A stretch of 64,000 nucleotides of DNA from NCBI GenBank assembly GCA_963705165.1, contig CAVPJD010000011.1, positions 148,931 through 212,930 of the forward strand. Direction: 5' to 3'. The notes below the pieces were generated by a model, which worked only from the letters and a program-made list of their open reading frames with translations, did not search any database and was not told the origin of the DNA. Position 1 is the stretch's first letter; the number at the start of each line of letters is the position of its first letter. The DNA comes from an uncultured delta proteobacterium. GTDB taxonomy: Bacteria; Desulfobacterota; Syntrophia; Syntrophales; UBA2192. Position numbers and translations under genes: made by a program. Positions 29,050 through 38,865 of this stretch are shown here, in pieces.

Positions 29050-29514
29050 ATGTTGTACAAAAAAGCAGTAATCGCTGTTGTTCTTTGTCTATTTGTGGCT
29101 GTTTCGGTCTCTGCCCAGCAGCGCGGAACCCCTGCGGAGGCAAAGAAAATGGTCGAAGATGCCATCGCATACATCAAGGCGAACGGCCAGGAGAAGGCTT
29201 TTGCCGAAATCAACAACCCCAAGGGAAAGTTCGTGGACCGGGATATGTACATCACGGTCATCGACATGAACGGGGTATGCGTCGCCCGAGGGTTCGATCC
29301 GAGTTTGCTCGGCAAGAATCTCACAGATTCCAAAGACCTCGATGGAAAATTCTTCATCAAGGAACGAATCGAGGTAGCCAAAGCCAAGGGATCGGGCTGG
29401 CAGGATTACAAGTTCACCGACCCCCTGACCAAGAATAAGGAACTAAAAACGCTCTACTTCGAGAAATATGGCAATATTATCTTAGGCTGCGGGTCATACA
29501 AGCCCGGGAAATGA
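29050..29514 (+). CDS. Stand-alone secreted single Cache (sCache_2) domain protein
   Basis: Signal peptide ending VSA; GTPAEAKKMV, FVDRDMYI, KDLDGKFF, GSGWQDYKF and GCGSY. Confidence 0.88.
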   Translation: MLYKKAVIAVVLCLFVAVSVSAQQRGTPAEAKKMVEDAIAYIKANGQEKAFAEINNPKGKFVDRDMYITVIDMNGVCVARGFDPSLLGKNLTDSKDLDGKFFIKERIEVAKAKGSGWQDYKFTDPLTKNKELKTLYFEKYGNIILGCGSYKPGK

Positions 29515-29569
29515 GGACATCTTTCAGATTAATCGGTATCTCATTGGCTCCATGAAAGGAGGAGGCGAG

Positions 29570-30025
29570 ATGATGTTCAAGAAGGTCGCGATCGTGATTG
29601 TACTCTGCTTGTTCGTGGTTGCTCCGGTCTCTGCTCAGCAGCGTGGCACTCCTGAGGAGGCAAAAATGCTGGTCGAGAAAGCCGTAGCCTTCGTGAAAGC
29701 GAATGGCGAGGAGAAAGCGTTAAAGGAATTCAATAATCCTAAGGGCGAGTTCTTCAAGGGTGATCTGTATATCTTTGCCTTCGACCCCAAGGGAGTTCTG
29801 TTGGCTAACCCGAATCTACCCAAGCTCGTCGGTACAAATGTCTATAATTCGCCCGACAGCAAGGGAAAGCTCCACAGGAAGGAAATGGTTGATCTGGCCA
29901 ACAGCAAGGGTTCAGGATGGGTGAAGTATTACCAACTGAATCCTATGACCAAAAAGGACGAGGCCAAAATTAGCTACGTTCAAAAGACGGGTAATCTGAT
30001 CCTCGGTTGCGGCGCCTACAATTAG
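29570..30025 (+). CDS. Stand-alone secreted single Cache domain protein, paralog
   Basis: Same motifs (AQQRGTPEEAK, DLYIFA, DSKGK, GSGWVKY, GCGAY); GGAGG RBS. Confidence 0.88.
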   Translation: MMFKKVAIVIVLCLFVVAPVSAQQRGTPEEAKMLVEKAVAFVKANGEEKALKEFNNPKGEFFKGDLYIFAFDPKGVLLANPNLPKLVGTNVYNSPDSKGKLHRKEMVDLANSKGSGWVKYYQLNPMTKKDEAKISYVQKTGNLILGCGAYN

Positions 30026-30195
30026 ACAGCTTGGCATAGAGCATCTTACAATGCATTATTTTATCAAAAGCTAAAGGCATGGCCCGAAAATAGCCCTGCC
30101 TATTTATGCTTATCACAACCAGTCGTTGTTCCCTTTCAATTTCCAGGGGGAATAAGAATATCACACAAAAGAAACGATATCGGCATATCAATAAC

Positions 30196-30227
30196 GAAAA
30201 GCAGGGCCGGAAATGGCCCTGCTTTTC
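30196..30227. terminator. Bidirectional rho-independent terminator
   Basis: gaaaagcagggcc-ggaaat-ggccctgcttttc between convergent genes. Confidence 0.75.
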
Positions 30228-30313
30228 TGTCTATATATGCACAGGCTGCCTTCTTGATATACGGTTTTCAGGAGGCCCCTGCCCGGTTAATGATAGCCGT
30301 CCTGGTGTCCCCT

Positions 30314-30625
30314 TTAACGGTAGTACCGACCGTCATGACGATAATAAACGGGGTGACCGTTATGGTATCGCTGCCAGTGCTTCGCGTGGCCGGGGGGCAC
30401 GTGCGCGTAGACCGGACGGGTGTAAACCACGGGGGCGGGCCGGTAAACAACCACGGGCGCCGGCCGGACCACAACCGGGTGCGCATAAACGACCGGCGGA
30501 GGGAAATTGCCGATGTTCAAGTAAAAGCCCGGCTGGCCGATGCTGACGGACACGCCCACATCGGATGCGTTTGCTGCGGTTGCAGCGATAAGGGTGATCA
30601 TCATGGCGATTAGAATGCGTTTCAT
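30314..30625 (-). CDS. Small secreted Pro/Val/Tyr-rich protein (PXPV-repeat-like)
   Basis: Signal peptide ending ANA; DVGVSVSIG, PPPVVY/PAPVVY repeats, VPPGHAKHW; AAAGGA RBS. Confidence 0.8.
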   Translation of the reverse strand: MKRILIAMMITLIAATAANASDVGVSVSIGQPGFYLNIGNFPPPVVYAHPVVVRPAPVVVYRPAPVVYTRPVYAHVPPGHAKHWQRYHNGHPVYYRHDGRYYR

Positions 30626-30711
30626 GTTCGGTTCCTTTCCCTGGTGTTGAATCCTTCCGATTGTCCTTAACCAACCACTGACCTTGAATCGTTCCGTACT
30701 GTTGATTGGTA

Positions 30712-30739
30712 AAACGAATGGCGCGGCGTTTGGTTTACA
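30712..30739 (-). promoter_or_regulatory. Candidate ECF-sigma promoter
   Basis: Minus strand TGTAAAC-N16-CGTT (AAC/CGT pattern), about 90 bp upstream of the PXPV gene. Confidence 0.45.
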
Positions 30740-31112
30740 GGAGATGCAACTCAACGCCCGAAGGGTAACGGTTCGCCTTGCAAGCCTCTGCATTCTTTGA
30801 TGATTTTAGAAACTACGCCAACAGAAAAAAAGCAGGATGGCTTATGAACAGGGGCGGGTGTTTGGAGGGGCAGCAGGATTTTATCGACTTGGCGGGCAGC
30901 CGGTGATTTTCAGGCTCAATTTCTGAAGGGTGCTATTAAAATTCCTCGCACCAAGGTGCCAGGAATTTAGAAACTTAAGGAAATGGGTTAGTTGTTATCA
31001 TGCTCGCTTACCCCGCAGCAAGCTGCGGGGAATGCGCATGCAATCGTTTTCGACATTACGGGTATCTGAACTTGTGAACAGGTATCCGGGAAAAAAGCTC
31101 CTCGACCATCCA

Positions 31113-31352
31113 TCACGCCGCTTCGCTGACCGAGAGCCAGAGGTTCTCCCAGACATCCGGAGTGATGTGGTTCACGCCGGCGTCGTCGTTCTTGCGTGAA
31201 TGGACCTTATGCTCGATTTCGTAATAGCTGGTTTCCTGTGCCGAGCAGGAAACGTTTGAGGAAAGGTGCGGCGCGTCGTAGATATAATCATCTTCTTCGC
31301 ACACGCCTTGATTGCACGTGCCTGCCTTTCTGACCGCATTGAAATAGCTCAT
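31113..31352 (-). CDS. Small hypothetical protein (79 aa)
   Basis: AAGGAGGT RBS 6 nt before the ATG; no recognisable domain. Confidence 0.5.
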   Translation of the reverse strand: MSYFNAVRKAGTCNQGVCEEDDYIYDAPHLSSNVSCSAQETSYYEIEHKVHSRKNDDAGVNHITPDVWENLWLSVSEAA

Positions 31353-31687
31353 CGGACAACCTCCTTGTCCGCGAACACGCAGGGAGATACCTGCGCAATT
31401 CGTGATCATGGTCTGGTCTCTTCAAAGAACGTTTACTTCCCCGAACTCCTTCACGCTGCCGGGAGCCGCATGATCGATGATCCCGACTGGCTATGGCCTA
31501 CTCGCATTTTCGCATTCGCGCTATCAGACCCAGTCTGAATCGCCCATAGGACATTGTCTGATGCCAAAAGCCCCTGCTTGCCGTGAATAACGTGGTCAGT
31601 TTTCAACAATGAAAATGGCAGAGCCCTGACTCAAAATGTGGTACCCTTTTCATAAAATCGCATGAAGCTCCGCAATCCCGGATAATC

Positions 31688-32671
31688 ATGAAACCCTTAT
31701 CCTTAACACGTTTTGCCTGGCTATCTATTGCTGCAGCCATCCTTACAATCGGGCTCAAAACCGCTGCGTATCTCATAACGGGTTCCGTTGGACTGCTTTC
31801 AGATGCCTTGGAGTCCGTCGTCAATCTTGTTGGCGCACTGATGGCGCTGGCAATGTTAACCATTGCCGCACGGCCGGCCGATGAGGATCACGCGTATGGC
31901 CATTACAAAGCGGAATACTTTTCCAGCGGTGTCGAAGGAACTCTGATCCTCATCGCCGCAGCAAGTATCGGCGTTGCGGCTGTTGAACGACTCGTCAATC
32001 CAAAATCACTGGAGCAGATCGGGCTGGGATTGGGTGTTGCGGTTGCCGCATCTCTTGTAAACTTGGGGGCTGCGCTTATATTACGTCGTGCCGCAAAGCG
32101 ATACCACTCAATCACCCTGGAAGCGAATGCCTATCATTTGATGACGGATGTGTGGACTTCGGTGGGTGTCGTGGCAGGGGTCATTGCCGTAGGCTTCACC
32201 GGCTGGAATCGCTTGGACCCTGCTGTCGCACTCGTTGTCGCTGCAAACATCGTCTGGACTGGAGTCCGGATTATACGGAAGTCAGTCCTGGGCCTTATGG
32301 ACACGGCTTTGCCGATCGATGAGCAAAACCTGATCCGCAATGTCCTGGAGCCGCACAAACAGGATGGGGTTGAGTACCACGCACTTCGCACGCGCCAATC
32401 AGGTTCCCGCCGGTTTGTATCCCTTCATGTCCTGGTTCCCGGGATGTGGAACGTCCAAAGGGGACATCACTTAGTGGAGCGCATCGAGGAGGACATTCGC
32501 CGCGCACTGCCCAATGTCATCGTCTTTACCCACCTGGAATCGTTGAGCGACCCCGCTTCTTGGGATGACGGCGTCCTGAATCGCGACGAAACGCCCCGTG
32601 TCGATGCATCGGAAGCGCAGCCTCAGTCTTCGCCAAACGAGAAAACGGCTCACCGAAAAGATGAATCGTGA
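31688..32671 (+). CDS. Cation diffusion facilitator transporter (FieF-like)
   Basis: SVGLLSDALES, PADEDHAYGHYKAEY, HLMTDVWTS, LRTRQSG and HLE. Confidence 0.95.
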   Translation: MKPLSLTRFAWLSIAAAILTIGLKTAAYLITGSVGLLSDALESVVNLVGALMALAMLTIAARPADEDHAYGHYKAEYFSSGVEGTLILIAAASIGVAAVERLVNPKSLEQIGLGLGVAVAASLVNLGAALILRRAAKRYHSITLEANAYHLMTDVWTSVGVVAGVIAVGFTGWNRLDPAVALVVAANIVWTGVRIIRKSVLGLMDTALPIDEQNLIRNVLEPHKQDGVEYHALRTRQSGSRRFVSLHVLVPGMWNVQRGHHLVERIEEDIRRALPNVIVFTHLESLSDPASWDDGVLNRDETPRVDASEAQPQSSPNEKTAHRKDES

Positions 32672-32962
32672 TGGCTCGCGTGTAGTAATTGACGGGCGCG
32701 TCAGTTGACGAGATGAAAATCATCTTGCATCCATCGTGTTTATTTGATTGAGGTATGCCACGGATGGATCAACCCGCGGCGTTTAAATGAACGCGGGATT
32801 TGTTCCGTAAAACCTCCCTCTCCCCTGGCGGGAGAGGGTTGGGGTGAGGGGGCCTCAGTCACCCTCCCCTTCATCCCCTCCCGTCAAGGGAGGGGAAAAT
32901 CCGGATTTCAGATTTTATTGAGAGGAGGACGGACCATGGGCAGGAACAGAAAAGAAGAGAAC

Positions 32963-33943
32963 ATGAAGAGGTTCATCATGGGCCTGATCGCAGTGCTCTG
33001 CGTTGCCGGGATGGCGGGAATCGCAGTGGCCGCCTCGCAGGACAAGTACGTTCTGCCGGAGCCCTACCTGGCCTGGGAGAAGGCCTATATCAAGGAATTC
33101 CCGGAGCTTCAGGGCCTCATGGATACGATGATCGCCACGACGGTCCAGCAATTGAAGGACCCCGAGGCCGACATCCTTCACAACCGGGTCTGCTCGGCCC
33201 TGGCTTACGAGATGGCGATAAAGCTCTCCAAAGCCGAGCGGAAGCTCGCCGTGGCAACGGACATCCTCCACAACATCAGCAAGGAGGACAAGGCGGCCGT
33301 CCTGACGAACCCCGAGATGCTCGCGAAGGCAACCGCGATGGTCTCGAAGCTGAAAAAGGCGGGATACTTCAAGAACTCTCCCGGGTTCTGGGGCGACGAG
33401 GCCGTGCTGAAAAACCCGAAGGTCGGCGGCAACCTCGCCTTGATCCACCACATCACGGGCGCCCTCACGGCCGGAGAGATCGCGGCGAAAGCCGGCGGCT
33501 TCTCTGCGAAGGACATCGACCTGATGCAGGTGGCCGTCCTGGAGCACTCCACCGGCTACTGGTATTTCCGGGATTCCGTGGATCAGGCGGCAGGCCGCAA
33601 GGGAGCATGGACGGTCATCTACCCCGAGCCGGAAAACGAGATTGCCAAAATTGCCCACGATGCCGACCTGATCTCCCAGTTCGTCTACGAGTCGGTGGTC
33701 CCCGAGGGAAGCAAGTGGCGGGTGCTCGCGCAGAAGCGCTGGAAGGCGAAGGACACGAAGGAGGAAGCGCAGATCGTGTATTACGTCTTCTTCCGTCTCT
33801 ATGAAGAAGCCAAGACGGAGAAGGGAAAGGAACTCGCGAAGGAGCAATGGGAGAAGATCCGGCCGGAGCTCGTGAAGCTGATGGGACTGAAGCCCGGCGA
33901 GGATCCCATCAAGGTTCTCGGGGTGCCGAAAATATTCCAATAA
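32963..33943 (+). CDS. Secreted HD-superfamily-like protein (alternative start 32936)
   Basis: Signal peptide ending AVA; H..(ILHNRV), DILHNISK (HD to HN), HH, EH and HDAD motifs in HD-fold order. Confidence 0.7.
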   Translation: MKRFIMGLIAVLCVAGMAGIAVAASQDKYVLPEPYLAWEKAYIKEFPELQGLMDTMIATTVQQLKDPEADILHNRVCSALAYEMAIKLSKAERKLAVATDILHNISKEDKAAVLTNPEMLAKATAMVSKLKKAGYFKNSPGFWGDEAVLKNPKVGGNLALIHHITGALTAGEIAAKAGGFSAKDIDLMQVAVLEHSTGYWYFRDSVDQAAGRKGAWTVIYPEPENEIAKIAHDADLISQFVYESVVPEGSKWRVLAQKRWKAKDTKEEAQIVYYVFFRLYEEAKTEKGKELAKEQWEKIRPELVKLMGLKPGEDPIKVLGVPKIFQ

Positions 33944-33976
33944 GAAGACAGGCAGACGGACAACAGGAACAGGGAT

Positions 33977-34007
33977 GCCCCGGTGGCTGAGCCACCGGGG
34001 CTTTTTT
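33977..34007 (+). terminator. Rho-independent terminator
   Basis: gccccggtggc-tga-gccaccggggc-tttttt. Confidence 0.85.
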
Positions 34008-34020
34008 ATTCGGATTGCGC

Positions 34021-35697
34021 CTAGTCCCTCTTTGTCAGCTTCTTCCCGACCAGGGAGGCGATGACCACGAGGGCCGTGGAGATGAAGATCATCAGGATCC
34101 CCAGGGCGGAGAGCCTTCCCCACAGCCCGTCTTCGGCGAACCGGAGGATCTGGACGGCCAGGACCTCGGTGCCGGGCCGGGAGAGGACGACAGAGAGGCT
34201 CAGTTCCCGGACGAACATGGTCGCCATCAGGATCCACCCGGAGACGATCCCCGGGACCAGCAGGGGAAGGACGATCCTGCGCATGGTGTAGAGCGGCCCG
34301 CCGCCGCAGACCCGCGAGGATTCCTCCAGGTTGCCGTGGATCTGGACGAAGGCGCTGGTGAGCGGCCGCAGGCCGTAGGGCAAGTAGGTGGCGATGTAGC
34401 CGATGAGCAGCGCCCAGATCGTGGAGTACAGCGGCGTCTGGACGAAGAACCACATGAAGCCGATCCCGACGACGATCCCCGGGAAGGAGAAGGAGAGGAA
34501 GCTCAGGGACTCGAGAAAACCCGAGGCCTTCGTCCGGACCTTGACGATCACGTAGGCGACGAAGAACGAGAGGATCATCCCCAGCGTCGCACCGCCGATG
34601 CCTAGGTAGAGGCTGTTCTTCAGGGCAAGCAGGGATACGGGGTCCTTGAGGACCGCGAGCCAGTGCCTCCAGCTCATCATCGCGAAGGCCTTCGCGCTCG
34701 GCGTCATCACGTAGGGCACGAGCGACGTGTAGAACAAGACGATAACCGGCAGGACGATCAGCACGAATGAGATCAGGGCGACGAACCCGAAGAGCGGGTA
34801 CCTTGCCCCCTTGAGATCGATCACACTCGGCCGGTAGCCCCTGCTGGAGACGGTCACGTACTTCTCGCCCTCCCGCGTCAGGCGCCGGTACAGGACGATG
34901 AGCGTGATGGAGGCGGCCAGGGCGCTCATCCCCACCGCCGCCGCCATCCCGTAGTCCGTGGCGTAGCCCGTGGCTACGATGCGGTAGATGTGGGTGGCCA
35001 ACACATAGATCTGTCCCGGCATGCCGATGACGGAAGGAACGGCAAAGGAGGCCAGGCTCCGGACGATCACGAGCGTCATCGCGGCAAGGATGGCAGGCCG
35101 CAGGACCGGCAGGGTCACGCGGAAGAGGGTCCGCCAGTTCGATGCCCCGCAGACCCTCGAGGATTCCTCGAGGGAGACATCGAAGGCCGCCATGGCCGGG
35201 GCGATGACCAGGTAGGCGATGGGCAGATCGAGGAGCCCCTCCACGAGGATCATCCCCTTGAGGGTATAGATGTTGAGCGCCGCCCCCTCCCAGCCAAGGA
35301 CCTGCCTCAGGAAGAGGTTGATCATGCCGTTCGACGGGTTGAGCAGGAGAACCCAGCTGACGGCAAACAGGATGTGGGGCACCATCATCGGGATGAGGGA
35401 AATGATCCCGAACATGAATTTGAAGGGGATGTTGGTCCGGGTGTTCAGGTAGGCCAGAAAAAGGGCAAGCCCCGTCGCAACGAGGGCCGAACCCAGGGTG
35501 AAGATCACCGTGCTGACGAGGATCTCCGCAAAGGCCGGGTCGGTGTAGGCCTGGACGTACTTGTCCAGGGTGAATGTGCCGAAGGCCCCCAGTTCCCCGC
35601 TGAAGCTCCCCAGGATGAGCATGACGACGGGGCAGACCGTGAGAAATCCGACAATCGCGATCAGGCCCGGCGTCAGCGCCGTTCTCGTCTTTTGCAT
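34021..35697 (-). CDS. ABC transporter permease (FbpB/Fe(III)-type, duplicated domain)
   Basis: Two EAA-like loops (LEESSRVCG) and about 12 TM helices. Confidence 0.93.
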   Translation of the reverse strand: MQKTRTALTPGLIAIVGFLTVCPVVMLILGSFSGELGAFGTFTLDKYVQAYTDPAFAEILVSTVIFTLGSALVATGLALFLAYLNTRTNIPFKFMFGIISLIPMMVPHILFAVSWVLLLNPSNGMINLFLRQVLGWEGAALNIYTLKGMILVEGLLDLPIAYLVIAPAMAAFDVSLEESSRVCGASNWRTLFRVTLPVLRPAILAAMTLVIVRSLASFAVPSVIGMPGQIYVLATHIYRIVATGYATDYGMAAAVGMSALAASITLIVLYRRLTREGEKYVTVSSRGYRPSVIDLKGARYPLFGFVALISFVLIVLPVIVLFYTSLVPYVMTPSAKAFAMMSWRHWLAVLKDPVSLLALKNSLYLGIGGATLGMILSFFVAYVIVKVRTKASGFLESLSFLSFSFPGIVVGIGFMWFFVQTPLYSTIWALLIGYIATYLPYGLRPLTSAFVQIHGNLEESSRVCGGGPLYTMRRIVLPLLVPGIVSGWILMATMFVRELSLSVVLSRPGTEVLAVQILRFAEDGLWGRLSALGILMIFISTALVVIASLVGKKLTKRD

Positions 35698-35711
35698 CGC
35701 ACGTCAGCCGT

Positions 35712-36800
35712 TCAGTTCATGAGGATTGAGCAGTGAAGCGGGTCGAAATGCAGGGCGATCTCCTCGCCCTCCCGAACGGCGGTCGTCGGCTCGATCCGGA
35801 AGATCAGGAGGGTCTCTCCGACGCGGATCTCCCCCTCGTAGGCGTCGCCGACGAAAACCAGGGATTCGACCTTCCCCCGGAAGATGTTTTCCCCGTCCTT
35901 GCGGCTTTCCTTCAACACACGGATGAATTCGGGACGGATGCACACGGTGACCGCCGTTCCCGGCGTCGCCCCGATCTTCTTTGCGCAGGCGATGGGGCCG
36001 ATGGCGGAATCGATCCTCGTTCCGGACTCCCCGACCGCTGCGACCTTGCCCGCGATGAAGTTCGCATGGCCGATGAAATCCGCCACGAACTGCCGATCGG
36101 AATCGAAGTAGATCTCCCGCGGTGTTCCCATCTCGACGATCCGGCCGTTTCTCATGATCGCGATGGTGTCGGAGAGCGCCAGGGCTTCGATCTGATCGTG
36201 GGTCACGTAGACGGCGGTGATCTTGAGCTCCGTGAGAAAACGCCGCAATTCCTTGCGTGTCTCCTCCCGGAGCTTGGCGTCGAGGTTGCTCAGGGGTTCG
36301 TCGAAGAGGATCACCTTCGGTTCGGCCACCAGGGCCCGGGCCAGGGCAACACGCTGCTGCTGGCCACCGCTGAGCTTCGTTGCCGGTCGTTTCTCGAAGC
36401 CGTCGAGCTGAACGAAATGGAGCGCCTTTGCGACCTTCCGGACGGTCTCTTCCCTGGATTCGTTGCGGGCCTGGAGGGGATAGGCCACGTTGTCGAAGAC
36501 GTTCATGTGGGGCCAGATGGCGTAGGTCTGGAACACCATGCCCAGCCCCCGCTTGTCAGGCGGGACGAAAATTCCCCGCTGAGCCGAGAAGACGACCTCG
36601 TCACCGATGGCGATTTCTCCCTCGTCGGGCGACTCCAGGCCGACGATGCAGCGCAGCAGTGTCGTCTTGCCGCAGCCGCTCGGCCCCAGGAGTGTGAAGA
36701 TCCGGTTGGACGGAATGGTGAGATCGACGTCGGCCAGCGCCTCGATCCTCTTGCCGTCCGAATAGTAGTTCTTGCTGACATTCCTGACGCGGATTTCCAT
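35712..36800 (-). CDS. ABC transporter ATP-binding protein (FbpC/PotA-type, TOBE domain)
   Basis: [27 protein letters not shown] and YVTHDQ. Confidence 0.95.
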   Translation of the reverse strand: MEIRVRNVSKNYYSDGKRIEALADVDLTIPSNRIFTLLGPSGCGKTTLLRCIVGLESPDEGEIAIGDEVVFSAQRGIFVPPDKRGLGMVFQTYAIWPHMNVFDNVAYPLQARNESREETVRKVAKALHFVQLDGFEKRPATKLSGGQQQRVALARALVAEPKVILFDEPLSNLDAKLREETRKELRRFLTELKITAVYVTHDQIEALALSDTIAIMRNGRIVEMGTPREIYFDSDRQFVADFIGHANFIAGKVAAVGESGTRIDSAIGPIACAKKIGATPGTAVTVCIRPEFIRVLKESRKDGENIFRGKVESLVFVGDAYEGEIRVGETLLIFRIEPTTAVREGEEIALHFDPLHCSILMN

Positions 36801-36847
36801 GATCCTGCCTTCGCTAGGCCTCCCCTGTTCTCAATGGGTCCTCTATA

Positions 36848-36926
36848 AAATCCTCCCCAACCCCCCTTTTTCAAAGGAGGGGGCATAGGACTTCCCCCTT
36901 TGAAAAAGGGGGATAGAGGGGGATTT
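36848..36926. repeat. REP-like palindromic element (AAATCC..CCCCCTTT..AAAGGGGG family)
   Basis: aaatcctccccaacccccctttttcaaaggaggggg...ccccctttgaaaaagggggatagagggggattt. Confidence 0.8.
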
Positions 36927-36972
36927 TCTCAAAAAATATTTGTCATTCCTGGCCTGACCAGGAATCCACTCT

Positions 36973-38001
36973 TTACTGTTTCGCGAAGATCTTCTTGAAC
37001 TCTGCGCCCCACTTCTTGATCTCCTCATCGGAGAGCTCCCGGATCGGGATGACCTTGGCCTTGTCGATCCCGGCGATCGGTGGATAGACGCCCGGGGCGA
37101 GGACGTATTCACCTACCTGGTCAGCCATGATCTTCATGGCTTCCTTCGAGAGCCAGTAGTCCACGAACAACCTCGCGGCGTTGGGATGGGGCGCCTTGGC
37201 CGCAATGCCGATCCCGCGGGGAGTCCCCATCATGGGCTGCGAAACCCTTGCCCAATCCAGCGGCGCGGGGGCCTTGGTGACGATGTACTTCGGCATGGAG
37301 ATGCCGATCAGCTTCTCGCCGGTCTCGATCGGGGCCGGCGTGGGGCCGAAGGAGGCCACAAACATGGGGCTGTTGGCGGCCAGGCCCTTGAGGAACGACC
37401 TCCACTCCGCGTCGGACTTGATCACGTTCTCCTTGAGACCGACGAGCCATGAGATGGTCGTGGGGTGGGATGCGGGATCGGCCATGACGATCTTGCCCTT
37501 CCATTTCGGGTCCACCAGTTCCTGGTAGGTCTTGGGCAGATCGGCGGGCTTGACGAGGTCCTTGTTGTATATCAGGGCGACATATTCGATGCCGAAGCTC
37601 TGGATCATACCGTCCTTGTTTGCCCACTTCGGGTACCCGGCCGAGGCGGGAGATACGTATGAGGCCAGCACACCTTTCTTCATGAGCAACTCCAGCACGG
37701 GGATGGGCGCCTGCAGGACGTCGGCCGTGAGCTTGCCCGCTGAGTGTTCCGTCAGGATGGTCGCGATGAACTTGCTCGTCGAGAGCCGCGTGTATTCTGC
37801 CTTGATGCCGTATTTTTTCTCGAAGGCCTCCATGACGGGTTCTACGGATGTCATGTTGGCATAAAACGCCACCTTCCCCTCGGCCTTTGCCTTTTCCGCC
37901 AGGGCCTGCCCCGCCGGGGCCGCCTTCGCCGGGGGCGCCGCAAAGGCGCAGGGTGCCATTAACAGCATCATTAAAACACCCAGGACAGCGATCTTCTTCA
38001 T
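36973..38001 (-). CDS. ABC transporter substrate-binding protein (AfuA/FbpA-like)
   Basis: Signal peptide; KAKAEGKV, YNKDLV, DPKWKGKI and APHPNAARLF; AAGGAGG RBS. Confidence 0.92.
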   Translation of the reverse strand: MKKIAVLGVLMMLLMAPCAFAAPPAKAAPAGQALAEKAKAEGKVAFYANMTSVEPVMEAFEKKYGIKAEYTRLSTSKFIATILTEHSAGKLTADVLQAPIPVLELLMKKGVLASYVSPASAGYPKWANKDGMIQSFGIEYVALIYNKDLVKPADLPKTYQELVDPKWKGKIVMADPASHPTTISWLVGLKENVIKSDAEWRSFLKGLAANSPMFVASFGPTPAPIETGEKLIGISMPKYIVTKAPAPLDWARVSQPMMGTPRGIGIAAKAPHPNAARLFVDYWLSKEAMKIMADQVGEYVLAPGVYPPIAGIDKAKVIPIRELSDEEIKKWGAEFKKIFAKQ

Positions 38002-38105
38002 GGCTAAATCCTCCTTCCCCGGATGCCCCAAAACATCAGTCTTTCTCACCCGGCGCCGGTATCATAATATGAAAAACAGCCTGCATCCACGGAATTTATT
38101 GCTTT

Positions 38106-38193
38106 GGGGCATGCCATGAAAAAATAAAACCCCACATCTCAAGGGAGAGCGGGTTTTTGTGTCTTTATGTTTCAGTTTTGCCGGACCGATCAG
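38106..38193 (+). repeat. Dispersed hairpin element, copy 2 of 3
   Basis: GGGGCATGCCATG...AAAACCCCACATCTC-AAGG-GAGAGCGGGTTTT...TGCCGGACCGATCAG. Confidence 0.8.
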
Positions 38194-38250
38194 GAAAGGT
38201 TGGAATACAAGACGCGATCCCGTTTACCCGACTTATCAGGGGTGAATCGA

Positions 38251-38284
38251 AAAAAAGGCAGAGCCGATCACGGCCTGCCTTTTT
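38251..38284 (-). terminator. Terminator of the csp gene
   Basis: aaaaaaggcag...ctgccttttt hairpin flanked by A/T runs. Confidence 0.75.
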
Positions 38285-38352
38285 GTTAAAATCATTGCGG
38301 CACAACGGTACGCGAATAATATTCGAGCGCCTCTCCCTTACCACACGTGAAA

Positions 38353-38550
38353 TTATAAAGGTTTCACGTTTGCAGCTGCGGGGCCCTTCGGACCCTGCTG
38401 CACATCGAAGCTGACACGCTGACCTTCCTGAAGCGTCTTGAAGCCTTCGCTTTGAATGGCACTGTGGTGCACGAACACATCGCCACCGCCGTCCTTTTCG
38501 ATAAACCCAAATCCTTTTTGCTCATTGAACCATTTTACTTTACCTTCCAT
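38353..38550 (-). CDS. csp: Cold-shock protein (CspA family)
   Basis: [26 protein letters not shown] and [19 protein letters not shown]. Confidence 0.97.
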   Translation of the reverse strand: MEGKVKWFNEQKGFGFIEKDGGGDVFVHHSAIQSEGFKTLQEGQRVSFDVQQGPKGPAAANVKPL

Positions 38551-38686
38551 CGCGTTCACCCTCCTTGTAAAAATTTCTAAGTCGGATTTCAACAATGACA
38601 GAAGGAAAAAGGCCATCACGACAATAAGGAGCATTGTGGCCAATATTTGCACTTCGCAATGTCTTAATCCAAACTTACTTGACGGG

Positions 38687-38715
38687 ATTCTACATGGTCT
38701 TTCGTCGATAGTCAA
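38687..38715 (-). promoter_or_regulatory. Sigma-70 promoter of csp, giving a 5' UTR of about 130 nt
   Basis: TTGACT-N17-TAGAAT on the minus strand. Confidence 0.7.
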
Positions 38716-38865
38716 AGAAAGGAAATGGGGCCACCGGGGTGGACGAGCGATCAGGCAAAGGGGCTGAAAATTATCTTGCATTCATGAAATATAATTGTTT
38801 AATGATTCATCGATATCATACACTTATGGTGGCATCAGGTTAACCACTAACCTCCAACCCTCAAC

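Noticed and set aside
26534..32671. Integron cassette array
   Set aside because: No convincing attC sites (RYYYAAC...GTTRRRY), mixed gene orientation and no integrase.
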